A DNA stretch of 64,000 bases from the NCBI RefSeq assembly GCF_004010195.1, contig NC_057755.1:5625474-5689473 (forward strand), given 5' to 3'. Below the pieces are notes generated by a model, which was not told the DNA's origin, ran no database searches, and saw nothing but the letters and a program-made list of their open reading frames with translations. The DNA comes from Chiloscyllium plagiosum (taxonomy: Eukaryota). The translations under genes and the position numbers were made by a program. Positions 1 to 11,650 of the stretch are shown here, one piece after another (position 1 is the stretch's first letter; every line of letters begins with the position of its first letter).

Positions 1-456
1 CAGCGTGCCGTGGAGGGGGTCGTTCCGGCCGGCTGCCTGCTCCTCTTCCGCGGTTACGTTAGGGCCCAGGTGTCCTTGGAGAAGGAGCACGCGGTGTCCA
101 CCAACACCCTGGAGTTGTTCAGGGAGAGGTGGGCGCCGCAGGGAATGGAGTGCATTACTTCCTCCTCCAACTCTATCTTTATTTAGTCCCTGCCCTCCCC
201 TTCACTGTTTGATCACACATCATTGCTCTTTGATGTGAAGGGCACTTCTTGTCACTGGCCACCCGGGTGTTTTCCTATCTTTCTGGTGGTGGAAAATGAA
301 TAAAGATTCATGCACTTTGTGTCTGTTACTGTATCACACACCTGCACACACACACATCATGTGTGCTGGGAGAAAAAATAAGCACTACCGCAATTAGGCA
401 GTAGTGTGCTGGTAAGTAAAAGAAAAAAAAGAAAAAAACAAGAAAAAAAGAAACAA
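1..456 (+). mobile_element. 3' end of a Tx1-type (L1 clade) non-LTR retrotransposon: ORF2 C-terminus, 3' UTR and A-rich tail
   Basis: Frame 1 (1-186) reads QRAVEGVVPAGCLLLFRGYVRAQVSLEKEHAVSTNTLELFRERWAPQGMECI..*, matching the Tx1 ORF2 C-terminus. AATAAA near 299 and an A-rich run at ~417-456. Confidence 0.75.
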
Positions 457-3060
457 GCCCCCCACCTCGCTAGTGAGGTACTTCACAGGACTCGGCACCA
501 GTCATGGGTTATAGTCCATCCCCTTGAATCAGTCCTGCCAGTACAACTTGTGTTCAGTTTCCATGAACAACAGAATACATGGGCTTATGTACTCCAAGGG
601 TTTCAGAACTCACCCTCGGGTTTTCACAGACGTGTAGCCAAGGGACTAGAACAGCTTTCCCAGCCTGACTGCCTGATGAGCGAAGTGGACATCCTGCTTT
701 TCCAGACAGAATCAAAGCAGGAACACATTCAGCTCCGAGATGAGCTCCTCGATCTTTTACAAACCCAAAGCAGGCAAGATCTTACAACCTCGGGTCACGT
801 ACTTGGAGACAGCAGGCACCCAAGTCAAGGGGGAAACAGACCAGAAACTAATAGGGACCATAGAAAGACTTCCACTGCCTCGAGATGTTAGCGCACTTTG
901 GTCTATCCTATGGTTAGTACGGTACTGCAGGAACTACATTGCTGGGTTCACTACTAAAGCAGCCCCACTCTCAGAGTTACTGAAAAGAACGCTGTCTGGG
1001 AGGAACTGATTTAACACACGCTGTCGCAACAGCACCTGACTTACCGTACACCCTAGAAGTTGCAGCCACAGATCAGATGACAGCTGCTATTCTACTGCAG
1101 AAGTGGCATAGTGAGCAATGCCCAGTGGCGTACAACTCCAGACTCCGACAGCCTATGGAACAACGATTCGCCATGTGCAAACAACACTTCCTCGCAGTCT
1201 TTGGGCAGTCCAGTACTTTGTCTATGTCATTGGTTTAAACCCACTGACCATACTGACTGAGTACAGCCCAATACAGCTCCTCCCAGACGGCCCAATCAAG
1301 AACAGCTCGGTGAACCAGATTCGAGCCACACGATGGACTCCACTGCTTCAAGGTTGGGACATCACGGTCAGATGCACCAACATCGCAACTTTCCTCACCA
1401 ATAACCTAAATGATGGAGGAGATCCACACGACTGCCAAATGATAGCCAGTAAACACCTCCACCTTTTCTTCATGAGGAACTGGGGAATCGGTTATGGATG
1501 GAACAGAAGGATGGCCGGACAGACACAGCCACCAGAATTTATGTCGTTGGATCCTGCACTGTAGTGAATGGCAGTCAGTTCACCGGCTGGGGAATATACA
1601 GATCTGATACCCAAGGACAAGCAACGTCTAACTGGTCTTGGAATTACACAGCCATCTGAGTGCCTAAGCTGCAGAACCAGCAGCTGTGGCTTACATAGGC
1701 AGCCACCCCGACCTGGAAGGCAACTGCAGAGCCGACAAGTTTTCCAAAACAGGGGCTCATGTTGGGGAATTCTGACAGCCCCCCTATCATGATCAGACCA
1801 ATGCAATCACTATCAGTCAGACAAACACAGAGGCCATTAGCCAAGCACAACAGCACGATGTTTTGGTAAAGCGGATGGTGCCAGAGATTTATCCAGGCAC
1901 CGACACACACATACTCTCCAAGTACAGAACAGTGTCGTCCGAAAAAGCACGAATCTATGCAGTCCTGGCTCAGGATAGGCACCGGATTATATATCAATTC
2001 CATGATGGGCACGGGCACCAGGGAATCGAGGCCATTACAGAACGCTCGAAAGGACTGTGTTGGGGGTCTGAACTGCACGAAGATATCGTGCACCACATAG
2101 AGAACTGTCTGGTGTGTGCCTGGAACAATTCGGATTGTCCGCCTGGATTGGAGAACTAAGGCACACATATCCAGTGGACGGGCCCTGTGCAAACCTCCAA
2201 ACTGATTATATCGCTTCCCTTGCACAATGTAGGTACGGATACACCAACAAACCTGTGATCACCTACACTTTTACAAAATTGGTCGAGACTTTTCCTGTTC
2301 GACCCAATCCAGCCAAAGGAACTGCACAGACCCGAGTGTAACCAGTGTTCACGAGGTGGGGTCAGTCCCACAGGATCGAGTCAGATCAGGGAACCCATTT
2401 CACTGGCTGTGTAATGCAGAATGTGAGGACTATGTTTGGTATGAAGCAGAAATTCCATATTCCACATCACCCGAATCTAATGGGATCGTGGAAAGGATGA
2501 ACCACTGCCTAAAATGAACTCTTAGGGAGACAGTGCAGCGGAATAATAAAGCCGGGACACAGTACTTCTGTTTGTCTTCATGATGGTACACAACATCGTC
2601 TCCCGATCTATAGGGTATTCTGCCTACACCCACCAGACAGTCCGACCCAGGAGAGGAGTGGACTACCTATTTAGCCTCACCCTCAGGGAACCTGTGTTCA
2701 CTGAGGGGGAAGCGGTGCAGCAGCTCCTCGGGAATATCACAGCCACTCAGTCAGAGGCAGCTGTCAGGCTAGGGACAGGGAAGAAAGGTATTAAGCGTAC
2801 ATCAAAACACTGTTTATCTGAGCCCTTGGCTTTCCCCTCAATATTTGGGTCACACACCGTGGTGGATAAGGCAAGACCGTTGGTCCACAAGATTCTACTG
2901 GCCCTGGGGAAATCCGGCTGCTTCTACATAAACCACACAACACAGCCACTCTCGCCACCTCAATATATGTATGGTAGACGATACTGTTAGAGAACAAATT
3001 CCAAGACCAAGGACACCCCACGATGCATCCTCAGACCACCCCACGCTGACGAAAATGATA
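457..3060 (+). mobile_element. pol: Degraded retrovirus-like pol (RT, tether, RNase H, integrase), spuma/loki-like
   Basis: RT motifs across frameshifts (YFTGLGTSHGL*SIPL, QGFQNSPSGFH, degenerate YVDD as SEVDILL). Tether (YTLEVAAT..PVAYNSRL..WAVQYF). Second RNase H (IYVVGSCTV..SA*AAEPAAV). Integrase HHCC (HDGHGH..CLVC) and core (RWGQSHRIESDQGTHFTG). Confidence 0.8.
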
Positions 3061-3089
3061 CACGTCCATCTCTGTCACTGACAGAGGCT

Positions 3090-3242
3090 TTCACGATGGG
3101 TATATAAACAGTAAGGGTTTGGAAGTAAATGAGCCGGGTGTTGGCAGGTGGGAGGACATTGGGTTGGGATATCTAGTCCACATGAACAGGTTGGATTGAA
3201 GGGTCTGTTTCCATGCTGTAAATTTTAATGACTCCATGACCA
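3090..3242 (+). mobile_element. CR1/HER1-like LINE 3' tail fragment
   Basis: Similar to the 3' end of the CR1 at ~7560-7710 (ggttggattgaagggtctgtttccatgctgta...atgactccatgac). Confidence 0.8.
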
Positions 3243-3924
3243 CTTTAAGTGACCCATCAGGAAAGTATCTGACTGGTTGGAATCACTCACTACTCACTGA
3301 CCACACGGACATGACACGTAACACCGAGAACCCCCTGACAGACAGACAAACCGAGCATTCCCAAGCACACCACAAGACGTCTATATGGAATAAACAGACA
3401 AGCTCAAACTCGCAGATGGTCATTCCATTGCTATCCGCTGGAGGGAATGACCCAAAACAAACATGGAACCCGGTGGAATCAACATGGCCACGTCCCCGGA
3501 GACAGAGGACTCAGAACCCAAAGAGTCTCCGTTGGCTGTCTAAATAACAAATCCACTCATTTACTAATCCAGGTGGTGGACCAGATCCTGGCAACTACCA
3601 AAGGCAGGGTCCGACTGTTTCTGAAGGATCAAGCTCGCGCGCAACTCACCGTCTTCCAACTCTTCTTCCTGTGGACACTGATGGGATTAACCCGGTGACT
3701 GTTCTTCAGTGTCCCTCATTTCTCTCATTTATATTTTAAACACTGACCTCTTGACACTGTTTACGTCGTTACTTAACGTTAAGTTATTGTCACGCGTGTC
3801 TTCATCCTCTTGGCAGGGCATCCTGTGCTATGGAGCCTCCTCTGAAGTGCTGCTGTATGTGCATTCTGAGTTTAATTTGTTCTGTTCCTGCCTCTTCCAG
3901 TTGACGGTTCAGGGACTGCAACAA

Positions 3925-4135
3925 ACTACAAGAACGTGCTACTGGAAGCAGCAGGAACCGAACCAAATAAACTCCAAAAGATACAGTACGGCAGCGCTTC
4001 ACAGGAGTCTCCAAAGCACTGAAGATGTCACCCAGACAGGGGATGGAACGTCAGCAAACCAACTTGCAAGCTCGGCCAACTTGCCCACAACTAAAGCAAT
4101 CAGCACCCAAGCAACAAACCTTCACAGAAACCTTG
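3925..4135 (+). mobile_element. Penelope-like element terminal (pLTR) fragment with degenerate hammerhead motif
   Basis: Collinear with 52330-52538. Contains GCA-CTGAAGA-TGTCACC..GGGGAT-GGAA-CGTC at 4016-4052. Confidence 0.7.
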
Positions 4136-4477
4136 AATTGGTGGGACTCTCAATCAATGGTTCCTTGAGATAGGATGCTGAGCAAACGGCTCAGAAAAGA
4201 GATTGAAAACCAGGCAGAAATGCCCTGAGAAACTCATAGAAGTGAAGTTTGTTCTATACAATATTCAGAACGGCCTGAAACCAGCTACAGTATTTCCTCA
4301 AGCCGTGTGCCCTGAAGCTCCCCGGTCCTAGTTTACGAGCCAATTGGAAAAGCCTTACATGGTAACATCCACCACAAATTGGAACCTGTGTTGGGAAATG
4401 TAGCAGGTAAACAATTGCCAGATTGGTGCTCGCCCTAGTTCAGAGACTACACTTCTACTTGATCTGTAGATTACTGG

Positions 4478-7400
4478 GACAAGAGATAGGGACAGAGGAG
4501 GTGAAATTAGGGATATAGAAAGTTAGGCGGGAAATTAAAAAGGAGGTCCTCGGGGGTAGTGATATCTGGATTATTCCCAGTGCAACGAGTTAGTGTGGGT
4601 AGGAATAGGAACGTACAGCAGATGAATGGGAGGCGAAGGAACTGGTATATGGGAGAAGGATTCACATTTTTGGATTATTGGAATGATTTCTGGTGTGGAA
4701 GTGACATGCATAGGAAGGATGGATTGCACCTGAATTGGAAGGGAACTAATACACTGGCAGGGAAATTTGCAAAAGCTGCTCAGGAGGATTTAAGCTAGAA
4801 AGGCTGGGGGCGGTGTAAGATCCAGCAAGATTGTGAGGAAAGAGACCAATGTGAGAATGGTACAGTTGAGACACGAAGCGAGTCCATCAGTCAGTGCAAA
4901 CAGGGACAAAGCAGGGACAAAACAGAGAACAAGGTAGCGCCAATAAATTAAACTGCATTTCTTTCAATCCAAGGGACCTAACAGAGAAGGCAGATGAACT
5001 CAGAGCATGATTAGAAACATGGGACTGGGATATCACAGCAGTTACAGAAACATGGCTCAGGGATGGATAGGGCTGGCAGCTTAATGTTTCAGGATACAAA
5101 TGCTACAGGTAGGATAGAAAAGGAGGCAAGCAAGGAGGAGGAGTGGCGTTTTTGTTACTGATGTATGTAGGGAGATTATTCGTGGGAATATACCCAGGGA
5201 CGTTATTTAGGTGAAACTGAAAAATAAGAAAAGGATAATCACCTTATTCGGATTCTATTACAGATCCCCTAATCGTCAGCCAGAAATTTAGAAACAAATT
5301 TATAAGAAGATTTCAGTAATCTGTAAGAATAATAGATTGGTTATGGTAGGGGATTTTAACTTTCCAAACATAGACTGGTACTGCCATAGCGTTAAGGGTT
5401 TAGTTGGAGAGGAAATTGTTAAGTGTGTTAAGGAAAGTTTCTGATTCAGTATGCCGATGTATCTACTGGAGAAGGTGCAATACTTGACCTACTCTTCGGT
5501 AATAAGGCAAGGCAGGTGACTGAGATGTCAGTGGGGGAGCACTTTGGGGCCAGCGATCATAATTCTATTATTTTTAAAATCGCAATGGAAAAAAATATCA
5601 GATCTAAAAGTTGTAAATTGGAGGAAGGCTAATTTTGACTGTATGAGGCAAGAACTTCCAAAAGCTGACTGGGGGCAGATGCTCACAGGTAAAAGGATGG
5701 CTGGAAAATGGGATGCCTTCAGAAATGAGATAACGAAAGTGCAGGGACAGTAGCTTCCTGATAGGGTGAAAGGAATGTCTGGTCGGTGTACGGAATGCAG
5801 GCAACTAGAAAAATTGAGGGCTTAGTTAAGAAAAAGAAGGAAACATATGTAGACAGGATAGATCGAGTGAATCCTTAAAAGAGTATAAAGGCAGTAGGAG
5901 TATACTTAAAAGGGAAATCAGCAGGGCAGAAAGGGGACATGAGATAGCTTTGGCAAATAGAATTAAGGAGAATCCAAAGGATTTTTACCAATACGGTAAG
6001 GACAAGAGGGTGGAGCCGCAGAAGAATGGGGAGATAAGAAATGAGTATTTTGCATCAGTGTTTACTGTGGAAAAGGACAAGGACAGTAAAGAATATAGGG
6101 AAAATAGATGGTGACATCTTGAAAAACAACCATATTGCAGAGGAGGAGATGCTGAATGTCTCGAACGCATAAAAGTGGATCAGGTCCAGGAACTCTGTGG
6201 GAAGCTAGGGAAGTTATTGCTGGGCTTCTTGCTGAGATATTTGTACCATCGATAGTCACAGGTGAGGTGTCAGAAGCCTGGAAGTTGGCAAACGTGGTGC
6301 CACTGTTTCAGCAAAGTGGGAAGGAAAAGCAAGGGAATTACAGACTGGTGAGCCTGACTTTTATGGTGGGCACCTTGTTGGAGGGAATCCTGAGGGGCGG
6401 AATGCGCATGTATTTGGAAAGGCAAGGACTGATTAGGGATAGTCAACAAGGCTTTGTCCTTGGGAAATCATGTCTCACAAACTTGATTGTATTTTTTGAA
6501 GAAGTAGTAAAGTGGATTGATAAGGGCAGAGCAGTAGATGTGATCTATATGGACTTCATTAAGGCGTTCGAGAAGGTACCACATGGGAGACTGATTAGCA
6601 AGGTTAGATCTCATGGAATGCAGGGAGAACTAGCCATTTGGATACAGAACTGGCTCAAAGTTAGAAGACTGAGTGTGGTGGAGGAGGGTAGTTTTTCAGA
6701 CTGGAGGCCTGTGACCAGTGGAGTGCCACAAGGATCGCTGCTGGGTCCATTACTTTTCATCAGTTACGTAAATGTTTTGATATGAACAAAGGATATATAG
6801 TTCGTAAGTTTGCACATGACATCAAAATTGGAGATGTCGTGGACAGCGAAGAAGGTTACCTCAATTTACAGCGGGATCTTGATCAACTGGATCAATGGGA
6901 TGAGGAGTAGCAGATGGAGTTTAATTTATATAAATGGGAAAGCAAATCTTAGCAGGACTTATACACTTTATAGTAAATTACTAGGGAGTGTTGCAGTACA
7001 AAGAGACCTTGGAGTGCAGGTTCGTAGCTCCTTGAAAGTGGAGTCGCAGGTAGACAGTGAAGAAGGCGTTTGGTATGCTTTCCTTTATTGGTCAGAGTAT
7101 TGATTGCAGGAGTTGGGAGGTCATGTTGTGGCTGGACAGGACATTGGTTAGGCCACAATAGAATATTGCGTGCAATTCTGGTCTCCTCCCTATTGGAAAG
7201 ATGTTGTGAAACTTGAAAGGGTTCAGAAAAGATTTACAAGGATATTGCCAGGGTTGGAGGATTTGAGCTACAGGGAGAGGCTGAATAGGCTGGGTTTTTT
7301 TTCCCTGGAGCGTCGGAGGCTGAGAGGTGACCTTATAGAGGTTTATAAAATCATGAGGGGCATGGATAGGATAAATAGACAAAGTCTATTCACTGAGGTG

Positions 7401-7712
7401 GTGGAGTGCAGAACTTGAGGGCGTCGATTTAGGGTGAGAGGGGAATAGATATGACAGAGACCTAAGGGGCAAACGTTTTCACACAGAGGGTGGTACGTGA
7501 TTGGAATAAGCTGCCAGAGGAATTGGTGGAGGATGGTGCAATTGCAACATTTAAAAGGCATCTGGATGGGTATATAAATCGGACGGGTTTGGAGGGATAT
7601 GGTCCAAGTGTTGTCAGGTGAGACGAGATTGGGTTGGGATATCTGGTTGGTGTGGACAGGTTGGGTTGAAGGGTCTGTTTCCATGCTGTACATCTCGATG
7701 ACTCTATGGAAT
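4478..7712 (+). mobile_element. Long degraded CR1 LINE (ORF1 esterase C-terminus, APE endonuclease, RT, 3' tail)
   Basis: ORF1 SGNH-like RKDGLHLN. APE motifs (AVTETW, VGDFNFPNIDW, SDH). RT motifs (NYRLVSLT, SQQGFVLGKSCLTNL, YMDFIKAFEKVPH, GVPQGSLLGP). Terminal atgactctatg repeat. Confidence 0.93.
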
Positions 7713-8423
7713 GCATAATCTCTCACCCTTCCTTTCATTCTCTAATTTCAGTTGTCTTGTTTGTAATCTGAGTTCGTTCGAACTCCACTGCACTTGAGTG
7801 TTTCTCTGGTATATCTCTGTGTCTTCTCTGCTGATCCTTCTGTCAGGAATGCGTTCTCTCTATTTTCTTCTGTCAGGAATTTGGATGGTGTGCCGTGGTA
7901 CAGTAGTGAATAGATTGTGCTTTCTCTAAGAGCTGATATCTGTTGCCAGATGGCAGTGCACTCTGTTTGAGAACATACCCTTGATGACCAGTCAATACCT
8001 TTACAATTGGATTGGTCCTGGTTCGTCTAACCATCAGATTGAAATGTAATGGATTTTTGGAAGCTAAGTACTTGGTTAAAACTGATTGGCTAAAATCACA
8101 AAAAGCTGTTGTCTCTGTAAAACGCTGGTAGACCATTCGGTTGCACAGCATTACTGCTGGAAGATTCCAGATTCTGTTTATTTATTTTATTTTGATGTAT
8201 GAACAGCACCGGTTGTGCATAGTTGGGATTAAACTTGTTATTGTAATCAGTTTGCTCAATGACAGAAATTTTAAAAACAACAAAGCGAGTAATGCTGTCA
8301 CCTCGATCACCCGCAGGAGCTACCACACAGTATAATGCAGCGTCTCTGGGAATGCATCAGCTCAGATTTTCAAACAAGGAGCTTGTCAGCTACCTGAAGA
8401 GACAGATCACTTTGTACCGAAAA

Positions 8424-10650
8424 ATGCATCTACCAATTCAACAAATGGAGAAGATGTTCTACACCATCATTGTTTTTATTGGTGTTCCCGGTATGGAATA
8501 ATGACTTTTGAACTTGTTTTAATCTGCTGTTGATCTGCTCTCTGGATTTATCTTTTGAGAAATAATGTCTCCAGCTCACTGACTGGTCTGCCTTATCCAG
8601 ATATTGGAACCGTATCAATGCGGAAATCATATCAGGCAGCATCTGAGGAGCAAGAAAGTTAACATTTCCGGCTTAACCCTTCATCAAGACCGGACCAGTG
8701 AGAGCAATTCAGTGAGCAGCATTCTCGGTACAGTTCCTCACGAGCAGAAATTCCCAATGTCATTGCTGCTGCTGTATTTTCCGATCTCAGTGTTCTGTCG
8801 TCTGTTCCAGTATCATTGGATCTGAAGGTGTGAGGAGAGATCAGGCAATTTAGTTCTGAAGGGTGTGGACATGAAAGGTTAACTCTGCTTTCTCTCTCCG
8901 ACAGATGCTGCCTATTTCCTCGAGAAATTGGAAGGTAAAGGGGTGATCCGAGTGAAGTCCCACAAGGTATTAACAGGAAAAGATGATGAACTTTATCCAC
9001 TAGGTGGGGGTCCCAAGGTGAGGCAACACAGGCTGAGAATTTGGGACAGACATTCAGAGGCCATGTTAGGAAACATTTCTACAACCAATCAGTGAGAGAG
9101 GCTGGGAACTCACTTCCACAAATGGCGGGGATGCTGAAACAGTTATGAATTTTAAATCTGAGATAGATTGATTTTGTTAAGCAAAGGAATTGAAGGATAT
9201 ATTCCCCACCTTGATTTGTAAAGGTTCATCTATCTACCATCCCTTCAGGAAATTTTCTCCTTCTCACCGTCTCTGGTAAGTGAATTGAAATTCTTGCAGA
9301 TTGTCCTCCTGATCCCTGCACACTGAAATGTTTGTGATGTACAGAGTATAGATTTACAGTGTAAACATCACAACAGTCCTAACACTCACATGTTGTCACT
9401 GAGAGAACGCTGCATGTTCTGTTCTGCTGTACTTGTGTAAGGCACATGCAGTAGTCTTTTGTGAAATCTTGCGCAGGTTCTGATGATCTGTTTCATGGTC
9501 CACTCGTGGTTCCGATCAGGATTTGGTCCAATTCTAAGAGCATTCTCCTGATCCTCGGAGAAGGGTGTGGGGTTGGGGAGTTGGGTTGGTTTATTGGCAG
9601 TGAAATCATCATTCTGATGACTGAGTTGCGAGTCATATTTCCAATTGGGTTCTAAACCTGCCAGCGATGAGGCTGAGAACTGCAAGAATCCATTACACTT
9701 GTTCAAATAGTAACTTTGTAACCAAACCAAAACATAGAATTTCTTCTGCCTTCCAAGGAGGGGCTGTGAACTCAGTCTTTGTGCAAACTCCATAATCGCA
9801 AGGATCATTGGGCTGGAGGACAATCTGAGGTGGATTTGGACATCTTAAAATTCAAATTCACTCAACACCAACCACTTACACTTACACAATGTACCAGGTT
9901 TTGGTGATAAAATTTTATTGTTGCTCTCTAGAACAGGCAGGTGAAGTTTCTGTCAGTGATTGACTATGTATTTTCCCATTTCTCTATCACAGTTAATTTG
10001 CTGACGATTGTAATTCTTTCCCGGGGAACGTGCGGTGTTTCCCCCTGCACTACTCGCTACCTGGTGTTTTTGGCAGCTGCCGATCTGATGGTTATTATCA
10101 CTGATGTTATACTGAACAGATTACCCTCGATCTTTCCTGGATATCACTCCTGTGTGCAGTGTTACTGGGGTCCAGCTACGTGTTGCCAGGGACTGTTCTG
10201 TCTGGTTTACTGTCACTTTTTTCCTTTGACAGGTTTGTGACCATTTGTTGTCAAAAGCTGAAAACAAAATATTGCACTGAGAAAACTGCGACTGTGGTTC
10301 TAGCAACAACCTGCACCCTGTTCTGTCTTAAAAACATCCCCTTCTATTTTCAATATGAACCTTAGAAGATAATTAACAATGTGCCATTCTATTGTGATAC
10401 AAAGTCAAGCTACTTTACTGAGACTTGGTGGGTGGCATTAGATTTCTTATATTATATCACTCAAGGAATCAATACTGCCAATTACCCGCCTTTCCTATTT
10501 CACTTTAATAGTGTTGGTTACATGCTGCAGAACCTAAACTGTTGCACAAACACATTTATTTATGCAGCAACATTGTCTGGGTTCAGACCAATGATCAGTA
10601 ATGCAGTAAAATACCTGGTTACACGATTTCCTTGTGTTATGAATAAATGA
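8424..10650 (+). pseudogene. GPR139/GPR142-like class A GPCR pseudogene, two exons (8424-8490; 9993-10650)
   Basis: Exon 1 MHLPIQQMEKMFYTIIVFIGVP+g, then GT. Acceptor tctctatcacAG at 9991-9992. Exon 2 VNLLTIVILSRG..TRYL..AAADL, SFDRFVTIC, NCCTNTFIY. Frameshifts near 10125 and 10220, TAG at 10363, and TM5-TM6 missing near 10440. Confidence 0.88.
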
Positions 10651-10704
10651 AACTCCTCAGTGAACCCCACAGGACAATCCTATTGTTTCCAGACCATGAT
10701 ATAC

Positions 10705-11650
10705 TTTTTCTTATTCACTAGTGGGACATGGGCATCATTGACTGGGTCACCATTATTACCCACGTTAGGTGCCCCTGATAAAGTGGTGGTGAGCTGCTTT
10801 CGTCAATCACTGCAATGCTTGTGCTGTCGGCAGAAACATAGTGTTGTTAGGGAGGAAATTCCAGGACTTTCATTGAGCGGCAATGAAGGAATGGCGACAT
10901 GTGTCCAATCAGGATGGTGAGTGGTTTGAAGTGGACCTTGCAGGGACTGTTGTCCCCATTTACCTGCACCCTTGTCCTCTGAAATAAAAGAGTTCATGAT
11001 TCATTGAATGTAATTGCTGAGGATCATTGGTGCATTTCTGCAGTGCATCTTGTAGATAGTACACACCGCTGCTACTGAGTGCTGGTGGTGGAGGGTTTGA
11101 ATGCTTGTAGATGTCGTGCCAATCAAAAGGGTTGCTTTGTCCTGGATGGTGTCAAGCTTCTTGAGTGTTGTTGGAGCTTCACCCCATCCAGACAGGCGGA
11201 GAGTATTCCATCACACTCCTGACATGTGCCTTGTAGAGGGCAGATAGATTTTGGGGTGTCAGGAGGTGAGTTACTTGCCACAGTATCCCTAGTCCCTGAC
11301 CTGCTCTTGCAGCCACTGTGTTTATGTGGTGAATCCAGTTGAGTTTCTGGTCAATGGTAACCCCAAGGATGTTGACAGTTGGGGATTCAGTCATGGTAAT
11401 AACGTTGAATGTCAAGGACAGTGGTTAAAGTGTCTTTATTAGTGATGGACGTTGTCTGGCATTTGTGTGGCGTGAGTGTCACTTACCACTTGTCGGCTCA
11501 AACCTGGATATTATCCAGATCTTGTTTCATTTGACCACAGGCTGCTCCAGTATCTGAGGAGTCGCGAGCGTCGCGAGTGATGGGAGTGGATGCTTTTTGA
11601 TGTGGTGCTAATCAAGCGGGCTGCTTTGTCTGGATGTTTTTTGTGGTCCT
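10705..11650 (-). mobile_element. 3' part of a second CR1-clade LINE family
   Basis: Minus ORF 11179-11415 (NILGVTIDQKLNW..HINTVA..LYKAHVRSVMEYS) is a non-LTR RT C-terminus. The same family occurs at 42405-43900. Confidence 0.8.
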
